This document shows, piece by piece, positions 1-11,995 of a DNA stretch of 60,000 nt. The number at the start of each line of letters is the position of its first letter. Position 1 is the first letter of the stretch. The notes under the pieces were generated by a model, which did no database searches, had not been told where the DNA came from, and worked only from the letters and a program-made list of their open reading frames with translations. Origin of the DNA: Botryllus schlosseri (lineage: Eukaryota); contig CM119373.1 in the NCBI GenBank assembly GCA_051294905.1, positions 994,001 to 1,054,000 on the forward strand, written 5' to 3'. Position numbers and translations under genes: made by a program.

Positions 1-147
1 TTGTAGTTGTATAATTGACTCCAGAAGGTTGCGTTTACAATTCGCTGCGTGTTTCTTCCTTTGACGGACCGGCATAACCGCGCCGTACGGCCTTGTTGGC
101 TGACGTACCACGACCTGTCTATTGCACACGTATTCGATGGATCACAC

Positions 148-1269
148 CAGTGTTGCCACTCTACGTTTCCGGAAAAACACAAGATTGTGTCGTAAAAAAA
201 CACTAGATCGGCGACTAGATTACTAAATTGCAGGAAAAATTTGCCGTTTTCAAGTAACCATGATGATCAAGGTACAAATCCATAGATAAGAAGTGTTCCA
301 CACATGAATTCGATACATATGTATGATATACTGCATGATCATTCAACGAAAATTAATGAAACGAATTGATATACTGCAAGATTCATCAACGTAAATTATT
401 GAAACGAATTCAACACAAGAAAAAATCAAATATTGTCGCTTTCGAATTGTACGGCATCATTAATATTATTTATCTTTCGATGGTACACCATCGATCAAAG
501 AAAGTATATTTTGTGTGGCATATCGTTCTCACTACCGTACATCTTCAACCAAACAATGGGGAGGTGTCCATGTGCAGCATACTTCATTTCCATGCATGCA
601 CAGGCATGTGACAATGCCAAGAGATTCGTCATGAGCTTCCCCAGTAAAGGGAATTTTGATTCACCGAATCCATTGTGCACATATTTCAATCCAGCCAAAA
701 TTATGTTGGATGGCATTGACTGATAACCTGCAGCTCATTTTGCGAATTTGCCAAAGCAGACCATTCTTCTGACAAATCATTAAATTCAACAAATAATATC
801 ACAGAGGGAAATTGCACAGCTAGAAGAACGATTGATTCTATTTCTCTTTGTGTTGACAAGGCTGTTAACGGATTCAATACACTCAAGTCGGCAAATGAAA
901 ATCTTTCCCGAATCTGCAGAGTGAGTTCAACAAGAAACGACAAAGGATTTCACCGAAATCGCTTTTCATTTTTTCCGGTACATTCGCTTATAATTACGGA
1001 TTCACAGCGCACCCTATTACGTAATGATTGCTTCTAACTGCACCACCACAAGGAATTGTTGAAAACAAACACAGCCAGAGACACCAAATCGCCCTATTAG
1101 CGATAAATTTAACGTATGATTTAGTTGGTATGTTCTTAGAATATTCCTTCTTCGCACGATTGCAGAAAAACACTAGATTAGCAAAATTGTGCGACAAAAA
1201 ACACTAGAACACTAGGACGACCGAAAAAACACTAGATCTAGTGTTAAAACACTAGGAGTGGCGCCACTG
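148..1269 (-). mobile_element. Internally deleted hAT DNA transposon
   Basis: TIRs CAGTGTTGCCACTC (148) and CAGTGGCGCCACTC (revcomp of 1256-1269). Exact 8-bp TSD GATCACAC at 140-147 and 1270-1277. AAAACACTAG subterminal repeats at both ends. Confidence 0.9.
495..943 (-). pseudogene. hAT transposase C-terminal (dimerisation-like) remnant
   Basis: Frameshifted ORFs with ...LSEEWSAL... and KFPLLGKLMTNLLALSHACAC, resembling the hAT C-terminus; lies inside the TSD-bounded element. Confidence 0.6.
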
Positions 1270-1780
1270 GATCACACAGAAGAATATATTTTGTTTCTGT
1301 CTCCACGACTTGTAACTTTATTGCCAATCACGTACGGCCCAAAATGCAATATATTTTTCTCCCAATCAGCGAAATACTTATGAATGTCTATCGACTTCCG
1401 AATCAGCTAAATAATCATGAATGTATATCGACTTCCGAATCAGCTAATAATCACCAATGAATGCATCAATGTCTCTACGTGGTATTACACAGGTATATCT
1501 CGAACAGCCACGAGCGATTACATGCACCAAACATCGTACGATTTATTTCGTTATCTACGTTCACACGACAAATTATACGACTCACAAGGTATTATCAGGT
1601 TTCAGTTCAGGGAATTAAGTCCGTTCACAACACTCCCTATTGCTCAAATCTTAAAATGGCTTGAACAATATAGTATGTTAAAAATACCATGCCAGTAGAA
1701 ACTGCTTTCATAATGAAAGATGTCGTGGGACGCAAAATAAGGGTCTGCGGGCCGCATAGGGCTATCCTTTGTGGTTGATC

Positions 1781-1890
1781 CAGTGGTGGCCTTACGATTA
1801 GGGGGGCCCTAGGCGAAACTTCCGGGCCCCCCCCCTTATCTACATTATCGCAACTTCTGGGGGGCTACGCCCCCCAGACCCCCCTTACTA
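1781..1890 (+). mobile_element. Probable hAT-like terminus (partner end not found)
   Basis: CAGTGGTGGCC start followed by GGGGCCC and GGGGGCTACGCCCCCCAGACCCCCC motifs, common in hAT MITE ends. Confidence 0.4.
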
Positions 1891-2439
1891 ACGCTGAACG
1901 AAGCTTTTATTGTTGTACACCTCGTATGCACTGTTCCGGTAGTACATTGTCTGTACATCATGATAAAACTGTAACCATATTAAATAATTATAATGCCATG
2001 CAAAAGTACTACTTGTCATATTTCAAAACAAGTGACTCAAGTGAACTATAGTGCGTGTCGAGACCCACCTATTTAGAAGAATTATGGGATGTAGCATGAC
2101 ATAATAGTATACCAAGGCAACTGCACGCCAAATAGACCATATCAAAATAAATCCAGAAAGCTGTCGGCTGACATTAGTAATAAGCCAGCACACCAAGAAG
2201 ATTTTGTTGTATGATTAGGCATAGAGCAAAATGTGCGGCAACGTGGTACAACACCAGTAACACCACAGGAACATATCAGCACTGGTATAACCTGTGAAGA
2301 GCTAGTTCCACGATCAGTAAGAATATAGCTTTCAATACAACATCCATTGTGCACTCGAAGAATTTTCGGGTGCCACTTTTCAAGAGCACACCAAAGGGAT
2401 TTAAACAGATTTAAAAGCAAAACCAAAAAGGCAAAGTAT

Positions 2440-2600
2440 GATGCAACAATTAAAATTACAAACCATGACATTCACATTGTAACAATGGCAACAACAACAA
2501 ACTTTGAAGTATACGGACATACGGTACTATAGTAGCAGCGCAATTTGTAAATAAACTGTTACACACACGAAACAACACTCACTAATGAGAAATTTGTAAG
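2440..2600 (+). repeat. Fragment of the Harbinger-type MITE family also at 51340-51744 and 59468-60000
   Basis: Shares GAAGTATACGGACATACGGTACTATAGTAGCA and flanking sequence with 59620-59740. Confidence 0.75.
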
Positions 2601-3984
2601 ATATGGAGAAAATCTTTTTGTCTGTAAGAACTTGCCTGGTTGGATTAAACCTAAAAAGCCACAAATAGCATAGACAAAAGACCACTACAATCAAATACCA
2701 TATACGTATTTGAAAGCACTGTTACATCATTCAAGTCATAAGGCATTATGGTTGTTGGGAAAACAGCATCATCCTCAATTTGTGCAGAAAATTCCTGAGC
2801 CGACATTGATTGTTAAAATATTTGTGTAGCAGTTCAAAATTTGCATTGTCATTTCTTTCCGAATCTGAACCACTTCCTTTTCTGAGATTCTGACTTACAT
2901 TTAGCATGTACTCGCGGCATTGTAGCAGATACTTGACTAGAGTATGGTAATTAGGAAATACTGATGCAACAAATTACAACATAACTTTTAAATGAGTGAC
3001 CAAACTCATCGTAGCTAATGAAGTGTACTGTTGTCAACTGACGAGTGCGCCTTACTTAATATGCTGTTTAGAGTTTACCGGGTCATATTTATATTGAACT
3101 GGTAGCCCATTTGAAGAATGTAATGGTCAAAATTGTCTTATGCAACACCTGATCTTAGGGCAAATCTTGGTTGCAGTCAAATCCGTGGAAAGTTGCATTT
3201 ATTTTTCACTAAAGTTACACTAAAAAGGTATATTTATGGGTAAGTTCCTTGAAATTATTAAGGTATGAGATACTCGAATCGATGCGTATCCAAGGCACTG
3301 TCGCAAAACTCAGTGTTAGCGCCTTCGACAAAATCAATTGCCTGAAAAAATTGACCCAGTGGTAATATAATTTACGGCGGTCTAGCCTGAATGTGCGTCA
3401 AATCTGAAATGACCTCAAATTCAAACCACAGTGAAATAATCAAGCGATCTATTTACATATAGTACCAAATATTTCCAGTAAAAAGTGAGTTGCATGAAAA
3501 ATCGAAAAGCTGCAAAAATTGCTTGAAAAATGAAGAAAAGTTACAATTTAAGATTCCTGCAAACAGCTTAAAACACCATACTACATAACCTTCGAGTATT
3601 TAGGAAGCTGCCAGACAAGAAATGAACAAATCTTGACAACCCTGAGAATGGATTTTCATTCAAAAAAGGCCTAATTCACAACAAATATGTTGAGTCATGA
3701 GAATGGCTCAGTAAACAACAATATATATGCTATAATAGCCTACATGCTTTCATTGGCTTTTCAAATGACTATTTCCTTTGATATTTTGGATATTCAGGCT
3801 CAGTGTGGACCGGCTTCATTAGAAATTAACATACCATATGAAAGCTGGCATCAAGAGCTAGCAAGTAGAATCTCACACAAACATATACTGGAAAATTTTG
3901 ATGCACTGAAATATACACTGCTGCCACTAGGAAGTATATATTCAATAATAATTCATTACATGTTATAATATGACCTCACTGACA

Positions 3985-5045
3985 TAAAATAGAAGTAAGC
4001 TCTTTTAACAAGCACAGAAATTCAATTATCGAATACCGTTTATAGTACCATATTCTACATCGGTAGGCCTGCATGTGTTTTCACGGTTATTCGCAAAATG
4101 ATTACGAAAATTCGCATAAATGTGGGAGGGCGGGCCCTCATGAATTCTAAGTAAGCTCTTTTAGCGGGTGCAGAAATTTAATGATAGACTGTTTACGGTA
4201 CCATATTCGACATCGGTAAATATATTTTCACGGTTATTCGCAAAATGATAACGAAAATTCGCATAAATGTAGGGGGGCCTCATAAAATCAAAGCAAGCTA
4301 TTTAGCTGATGCAGAAATGTAATGATCGACTGCTGTTTACAGTACCAGATGCTACATGGGTACATATATTTTCACGGTTATTCGTAAAATGATAACCAAA
4401 AATCGCATAAATGAAGAAGGAAGGCCCTCATAAAATCAAAGTAAGCCATTTTAGCGGGTGCAGAAATTTAATAATTGACTACTGTTTACGGTATTATATT
4501 CTACAGGGGTACCTGTATTTTCACAGTTATTTGCAAAATGATAACATTCGCGTAAATGTAGGAGGGGGGCCCTTTAGCTACTGTCAAAATGGATAGAGAT
4601 CATAAAATAAAAGTGAGCTCTTGCAACTAGTGCAGAAATTTAATGATCAACTACTGCTTACGGTACTATATTTTACATATGTAGGCAGTAGGCCTACATG
4701 TATTTTCACAGCTATTCGCTAAATGATAACTAAAATTTGCATAAATGTAGGAGGGGGGCCCCCCTATAAAATCAAAGTAAGCTCTTTTAGCGGGTTGACT
4801 ACTGTTTACGGTATTATATTCTACATGGGTACATGTATTTTCGCAGTTATCTGCAAGATAATAACATTCGCGTAAATGTAGGAGGGGGGCCCTTTAACTA
4901 ATGGCAAAATGGATAGAGATTATAAGATTGAAGTGAGCTCTCGCACCAAGTGCAGGAATTTAATGATCGACAATTGCTTACGGTACCATATTCTACATTG
5001 GTGCATGGATTTTTGTGGTTATTCGTAAAATGATAACTAAAAAAT
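3985..5045. repeat. Diverged tandem array, about 7 units of 140-170 bp
   Basis: Recurring AAGTAAGCTC...GCAGAAATTTAATGAT...TTACGGTACCATATTCTACAT...TTTTCACGGTTATTCGCAAAATGATAAC...AAATGTAGGAGGGGGCC, with units starting near 3993, 4149, 4290, 4438, 4610, 4774 and 4931. Confidence 0.85.
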
Positions 5046-5649
5046 GTGGATTGATGTTTGACCCCTCTTTACGGTACAATACCAATATTCTTTATGGATA
5101 CAAGGATTCCGCGGTTATTCGGAGAATGGTAATACTTGAAAAAAAGCGCGTAAACCGGAGAAATATATAGTTGAAAAAAGCGCGTAAACTGAGGAGGGGC
5201 CCCTCGAAAGCGCGTAAATCAACCAAAGTATATGAGGATGTTGTGGAGTCTTTTCTTGTCCTGTAGTAGAAGTTGAATTGGTTATGTGTATCAAGTTCGA
5301 AGTGATTGAGAAAATCAAAAACCTTATATAAAACTGCATGGTGTATATTGCACAAGAAAGAGTCGACTCTGTATATAGGAACATATATTAACAAGAAAGA
5401 GTAACAATAAAAACGTAAATAGTAATAACTAATGTCTAAATGTGAAGAAAACCAGATGTATGGTAATAGTAACGTCTATATAGCTCGAGGTTCTAAATTC
5501 CCTGCTATACAAAGTTGGTTATTAACCTAGGCATGGTATAAGGAAATAATTATATATTTAAAAAAAGAGATACGGTATCTAGAAATATCAACGTAAGACC
5601 TTAGTAGCTTTCACACTCTATTTAACGTCCACTTGCGAATGAATATAAC

Positions 5650-5655
5650 TTTATT
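5650..5655 (-). promoter_or_regulatory. Putative polyadenylation signal of the PLE
   Basis: AATAAA on the minus strand 4 nt downstream of the hammerhead. Confidence 0.55.
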
Positions 5656-5659
5656 AGTT

Positions 5660-5696
5660 ACACGAGCTTTCGGAGCGCTGCTCCTTCATCAGGTGT
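5660..5696 (-). ncRNA. Minimal type I hammerhead ribozyme
   Basis: Minus strand reads ACAC-CTGATGA-A-GGAGC-AGC-GCTCC-GAAA-GC-TC-GTGT: intact CUGAUGA/GAAA core, stem II GGAGC/GCTCC, stem I ACAC/GTGT, UC cleavage site. Confidence 0.85.
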
Positions 5697-7068
5697 CAAA
5701 GTGAAAGTAACGCAAAAAGAGCAACGCAAAAATATTTTCAATTTGAACATATGCATATTATGACATCATAGGGAATGAGAAATTCTAGATACTGAAGTCG
5801 CGTACTCTATGACGTCATAGACACAAATATCAAGTTTTGATTTGAAATGCAAATAGTGAGTTGTGTGCCTAAAATCGGATTGGATAAGGTGTTTATATGC
5901 TAATTTGAAAAGAACAAAAAGTGCTAAGTCAAGCATTCATGGTGTAGTGAGACATACATCCTCTATCTATATTCAGCCCTTGTCGGAAAGTATCAAATTT
6001 GTCGATATATTTTTGTTCTGTAGCCTTGCGGAGAGTAGCGTCTTCCATGTTCCCGACCAATATATTGATAGTCATGTCGCTCTCCGAGTGCCCAGCGGAA
6101 GAAAAATGATCACCGACAGGCTTCGATTTGTTACCTTTCGAGATATCATGTCGGTGACCATTTACTCTCTTGTGGAGAGGTTGACTGGTTTCTCCTACGT
6201 TACGTAGGCTACGTACCATGCATTCGTACATCCTTTTCGACAGCGAATCAAATATACGACATTACTTGATTTACAAGTAAAATGGCCTTTGATGTTGTGC
6301 CGGGCGGGTCTTTTTGTAATCACGGTGCTGTGATTGAGAATAGCACACGTCTTGCATGATGGCTGTCCGCAATTTTCCACGCCATTTTCTCGTCTTGACC
6401 GAGGTAGCCTACTATTTACCAAAATGTTACGCAAGTTGCGTGGTTGCCGGATGGCTAAAATAGGTCTTCTCGGGAATACTTCATTGCATTTCGGATCGTT
6501 GATTAGTATTCGCTGATGTTTTCGTAAAATCTTACGGATCTTTTCTGCTCCCGGGAAATATGTAGTGACCAGCGGCACTCTGCGATCTTGTGTTTCCTCA
6601 TTGTGATTTCGCCTGCAATCAAGGAGCTTCTCTCGTGGTACATTGAGGGCCCTTTTTATTTGATTCCTTATCAGCTGTTGATCGTAGCCAGATTTGATTA
6701 GTTCGTGTTTCAAAACTTCCAAATGTTCATTTTTGTCCTCTTTCTTCGAGCAAATTTTATGAATTCGAAGGGCTTGCTGTAGACTATTCCTTTTTTACAG
6801 TGTACTGGATGGAAACTGTGGTAGTTTAAAATCTTACCAGAGTCCGTTGGTTTACGGTAGAGTGACGTGAAAATGCGACCTTCCTAGATGTTGACAAGCG
6901 TGTCGAGGAATGAAACTGCAGTCATCGAGCTCTCCATGGTCAGACGAATGTTAGGGTGAAAGTCGTTTATTGAATCATGAAACTTTTTCAGTGACTGTTC
7001 TCCATGGGTCCATATCATGAAAATGTCGTCGATGTATCTCGTATAAAATATTGGCCGCAATGTTTGTG

Positions 7069-7645
7069 TATAGATAACTAACCTACGGATAGATAGCCAA
7101 CAGCCGTCGTCACGCTTGCTTGCTCGGAGGAAAATACTGCTCAGCAATCTGAACTCAACGTAATTGCCAATCCCATAGCTGACGACCCGAGCGCTCAAAT
7201 TGAACAAAGTTGATCTTATTTGAACGCTACTGTCGCACTGATTCCGAAAATATACATTCAAATCCGATCGGGGCAATGGAACCGCCTCGAAATACACCTC
7301 AAAGTCTGAAAATTGGCATTGTTCTGAACAATCGAGGACACGCAAGGGTTATTGTTATGGTCATTGTGGTGCGTCCATGCGATTGTCTGGAACAATGCCG
7401 ATTTTCAGACTTTGAACGCTATTTCGGGCTGGTTCTTTTGCCTTGATGAAAGTTTAATGTATATTTTCGGAATCAGTGCGACAGTAGCTTTCTAATAATA
7501 TCAACTTTGTTAAATTTGAGCGCTCGGGTCGTCAGCTATGGGATTGGCAATTACGTTGAGTTCAGGTTGCCGAGCAGTATTTTCCTCCGAGCAAGCAAGC
7601 GTGACGACGGCTGTTGGCTATCTATCCGTAGGTTAGTTATCTATA
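7069..7645. mobile_element. Near-palindromic foldback MITE with 7-bp TSD (P-superfamily-like)
   Basis: Long inverted arms starting TATAGATAACTAACCTACGGATAGATAGCC. TSD GTTTGTG at 7062-7068 and 7646-7652. Removal restores the RT frame FMETQTLRPIFYTRYIDD. Confidence 0.9.
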
Positions 7646-10571
7646 GTTTGTGTCTCCATGAAATCTTCCTCAAAATGATGCATGAAAAGATTTGCGTATT
7701 GCGGAGCAAATTTCGTGCCCATTGCCGTTCCTTGAAGCTGTAGAAAGATCTCTTCGTTGAATTCGAACGTGTTGTGAGTTAACGTGAAGCCGATAAGTTC
7801 CATGATGCTTTTCTTTAAAGGATGTCCAATTTCTGCAAGAGATCTCTCCACAGCCTCCATGCCATCCTTATGAGGAATACTTGTATACAGGGATGATACG
7901 TCCATGGTGACTAATATCGTTCCTGATACTAAGTGATTGACATTCATGAGTTTGTTCAAAAAGTCCGTGGTGTCACGACAAAAACTTGGTGTGCTTTTCA
8001 CCAACGGTTTAAGGTGTTTTTCCACGTATCCAGATATGTCTTCCGTTATAGTTTTGTTGCATGACACGATGGGGCGTCCAGGAATATTCTCTTTGTGCAA
8101 CTTCGGTTGAAGATAGAAGCGGCCAAGAGAGGGATCAGACGGGATATTGATCTTTGATTTCTCGTCTTCTTCCATATCCAAGTATTTTATAATTTTCTTT
8201 AATCGTTTCGTGTGTTCTTTCGTTGGGTCACAATATAGTTTCTGATACGACACGGAGTCGTTCAACTGTCTGTAGCCTTCTTCTAAATAGTCTTTCAGGT
8301 CCATGACGACTACTTTTCCTCCTTTATCAGCAGGCTTGATTACGATGCTCTCTTCCTGTTTGAGTTCTGTGATTGCCTTTTTCTGCTCCTTCGTAAGATT
8401 TTCGTTGTAGTTTCTGTTGAGGTGTTTCGACTTACTAATGAATGTAGCGTTAATTTGGTTGTGGAAACTTTCTAGATATTTGTCCAAATTGTTGTTTTCG
8501 CTGTGAGGTGGCCTCCATCTTATGTTATTCTTGGGCTTCTTGTTAATAATTTGTTCAGTTATCTCGTTTCCATTCTGAGAAGCTTCAATTTCCGGATTGA
8601 CATCGTAAAAATGGTACTTGTTCCTCATTCTTCTGTCGAATTCATCGGCGTCTCCAGCTAACTCGTAAGGATCTAGTTTTTGAGTAAGGCAGAATTTCAA
8701 ATTAAGACTGAGAACATCGATTTGAGACTGCGTCAAGGTTTTGCTAGACAGGTTAGCAACGGCTATATCCGATTTATTACTTTTAGCTGTGGCGCCCGGT
8801 GGCAGTGAAATTTCGGATTTTTCCCTTTCCATTACCAATTGCGTGATTTTTTTCTCTTTTTGAAGTATCATACCTTTGACTTCGTTTGTCGAAATTTGTC
8901 AAGTAATCAAGTAATACGGTATGTAGCACTAGTGGTTAAATGGTATATGATGTGAAACGTATTTGAAAAAAAAATCTTCAAAATGGTATATTATATACAG
9001 TTCAATTTTATTTCCACGGAGTGATAAATTTCTTCTTGACTTTCTTGTTCCTCATTGGTTGTTGAATATTGTTTTAATTTCCTCCTAGAGCTGTAACCGA
9101 TTTGGAAGGGGAACGGATAGGAGGGTTGGGTAATGCGCCGAATATGTTTGCGTCGTCTTCGAAATCGATGGATGGTGTTTTGGAGGTAGTGGGGTTCCGA
9201 ATTGGTTCGATGGTAGCGGGTGAGTTCGGTGGTAATTATGCCGGTGTAAGTGTGGGAGGGGTGGTTGGAGTTGAAAGGGATGCAGGATTAGAGGGAGGCG
9301 GGTTTGAAATGAGTATTGTAGCCGATCAATCCCTTTTTTAGGGTTCTTGTATCAAATCGGAGGGTGAGGTCGAGTAAATGGTTGCGGATGGGGTTGCATT
9401 CGAAGGTAATTTTGAAATGTTTAGGGTAAATTTGGATGATGTATTGGTTAACGTAGGGCAGGTGGGATGGGTTGGTGCAGGTAATAATTATTCCGTCGAC
9501 TAGATAACGACGGAACAAGCGGCCAGGTCTCCAAATCTCCACAACCTGGCCGCTTGTTCCGTCGTTATCAAATTTTCTTCAAAAATGGCGAGGGTGAGGT
9601 CACCGGATTGGGCGAAGTAATAACTGCCCATTGCTAATCCATATTTATGAATGTACAGGTTATCAGCAGAGGAGAAGTAGCAAAGGTCTTGGCAAAAGAG
9701 GAAAAGATCGATAGCAAAGCTGGAGATTGGATGTGGGATAGTGATGGTGCTTTTAAGCTGATTAAAGGCATACATGACGTCCTCATTTCTTATGTTTGTG
9801 TATAAGGATTCGAAATCAAAGGTAACAATTTGGCTGTTGAACGGCGCGCTGGTAATCGTCGTGTTATCGAGAGCGGCTGCGATGTCATAGCTGTTCTTTG
9901 TTAGTGTGGGTGTAATGGCATGGCTCTCGAGGTGTTCGATGTAACCGTTCTTCCACTCTGTCAGGATATTGCCTAAAAGTTTGCCGGGTTCTACAGTAAT
10001 CCAAGAGTGAGCCGAAATTATGGGTCTGCCTTTCAGTTTTGTTCGTCTTTATGATTGAATGGTCCTAGTTCCAATTTATGGGGTTTGGGTGAAAGGTTGA
10101 AAAGAGGGATGAGACAGTTTTCTTTAGTTCTAAGTTCTAAAAACGCAACGTTCTGCATGTGTCTCAGTAATAGTTTTCTTATCACTGAGGGCCTTATCTA
10201 ACATTGTTTCTAAGCAAAGTTGAATAGGGGTGTAAATGTCTAACGGATTCATTAATGTACCAGTTGGTCGAATTAAAGCAGGATCCTAAATATTAATAAC
10301 TAAGGCCCGTATTTAAGAACACCACTCGGTGCTCAAACATCGCTTGAGTGCCTCAAACAATAATAAATGGTATTCAATAACGTAACTCAAATCTCAAGTT
10401 TAAGGTCGGTTTGAGGCACGCATTCTTGAGTATGAGTTTCTTGTGAGAACTCACGGTATTCTAGGAGACTCAGAATCTGCATACTTGAGGTTATTTCGCT
10501 GAGTTTGAGCACTTTTTTCAAGTTTGATCATAGGGAAGCTTGAACTAGACTTGTTAGCTCTCTGACTGATA

Positions 10572-11398
10572 GTGGACATTGCAAGTGAATGTAGTCGTTC
10601 TCGTAGGAGAACCCAAAGAGAGAAGGAGTTGCTGCATTCTCTCGTAGACAACTTTATGGGGGTTGTCGAATCGAAAAAAGTGATGCCAAATCAATCCAAC
10701 ATAAGAATGAAGCTTGGGAGAAGATCAGTAAAGAATACAATGCTATGCCTGATGTGCAGAAGTTGACAGTCATACAACTAAAAAAACTATGGCAGAACAT
10801 GAAGACCAGAGCAAAATCTGATATCTCTCGGGAGCGCACGGCAACGAAAGCTACCGGGGGAGGTCCACCTCCACCCGAAGTTGATGAGATTTCTAAAAAA
10901 ATCTATAGCGCAATTCCGTCACAGTTTGACCCTTTGCCGAATGACTTTGATGGTGATTTTAGCGGTTCTACCCAAAATGTCCAAGGGGTCATAATCCATG
11001 TGTCGGATGCAGAGTGTATGCCTTGTATGGATAGTACAGACATGGACAGCAGTTCTGTATCCAACTCTGGTGAGGTTCCTATCATTACAACCGCAGGGAG
11101 TAATGTTATCCTCAATAGTACAATGATATCTCAACAAGAAAATGCTAGCTTATCGGGATCTACTCAGCATACCAAGAAAAAATTGAAAGCACAAAACGAG
11201 GTCAATGATTTTATTTTGAGGAGTTTATCCGAGCAGCATGAGGCGAAAATGAAACAAATAGACCTGCAGATAGAACAACAAAAACAGGAACAAGAAGTTA
11301 AAATGGAGAAATACAAAGCTGAAATGAAGTTTCTTAAGGAGGAACACAAAGCAAGAATGGAAATTTTCAAAAGGAAAGCAGAAAACCTAAATAACTGA
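10572..11398 (+). pseudogene. Harbinger Myb/SANT-like DNA-binding protein (frameshifted near 10680)
   Basis: EKELLHSLV...VESK, then AWEKI...YNA...QLKKLWQNMKTRAK...ATGGGPPP and a C-terminal coiled coil. Confidence 0.8.
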
Positions 11399-11474
11399 AG
11401 CCTGTACCAAATTTTCATTGTGACGGCATGTTATGACAGATCATAATCAATACAGAATTTTGATGAGTGGTGAT

Positions 11475-11979
11475 TGTAGCCGCCGTACGGCCCCAAGGTG
11501 TCGCTGTGGCTCTTTCACACTCCCGCCGAACAAGGAAGTGGACCCAGTGTCATTGTTACCTCACAGCGGTAACTAGGTCTGACGTAGCGTGGTGCAATTC
11601 ACTGTTTAGTGCACGTGCGTTAGTGGTAGGATCGCTTTGGCATTAGTTCAGTTAATGGAATAGGAATAGTTAGGTTTATTGCATTGCTAGAATAGGGCTA
11701 GGTTAGGTCAATTCATTCATTGTCTCACTGTTTTGATATCTCGTTACAGTCAAAGTAAATCTATAAATAAAATAAACTAAAAAACCCGGAAGACACATTG
11801 TCAAGTAAGATGCTTTGTATTTGATTAGCTTAGTACGTACTTGCCAATGCTGATTGTATTTCATTTTTAATAGAAAACACGCACCAACAAAGCGAGTCTT
11901 TTTCTCTGTGCCGAAAGGGAATATAAGCAGCCAGATATTTCAATCCACCCTGTGGCGCGATCTGCGGGTTGCGGCTACA
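11475..11979. mobile_element. Solo LTR (505 bp)
   Basis: TGTAGCCGC...GCGGCTACA termini, 5-bp TSD GTGAT at 11470-11474 and 11980-11984, internal AATAAA. Confidence 0.85.
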
Positions 11980-11995
11980 GTGATCAATAATCATG

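Larger units (their letters stand above)
5600..8880 (-). mobile_element. Penelope-like retroelement, Neptune-like (RT, Cys linker, C-terminal GIY-YIG); 5' truncated and disrupted
   Basis: RT motifs IKPADKGG, PGRPIVS, MDVSSLYTSIP, GTAMGT, YIDDIF, FLD. Linker CGQPSCKTC. GIY-YIG VVYLIRC...WYVGET...R..GH...E...GLN. 3' hammerhead and AATAAA. Broken by a MITE, a stop at 6884 and frameshifts. Confidence 0.92.

Noticed and set aside
3290..3930. Possible non-autonomous DNA element
   Set aside because: MITE-like texture but no definable ends.
3985..5045. CRISPR or repeat-spacer array
   Set aside because: Whole units are homologous, so it is a tandem repeat.
5929..6722. Selenoprotein-type (Naiad) PLE
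   Set aside because: Cys positions use TGC/TGT, the endonuclease is C-terminal, and no SECIS was recognised.
8885..9010. Hammerhead at the PLE2 3' end
   Set aside because: TTGAAGA is present but lacks a stem II and GAAA partner.
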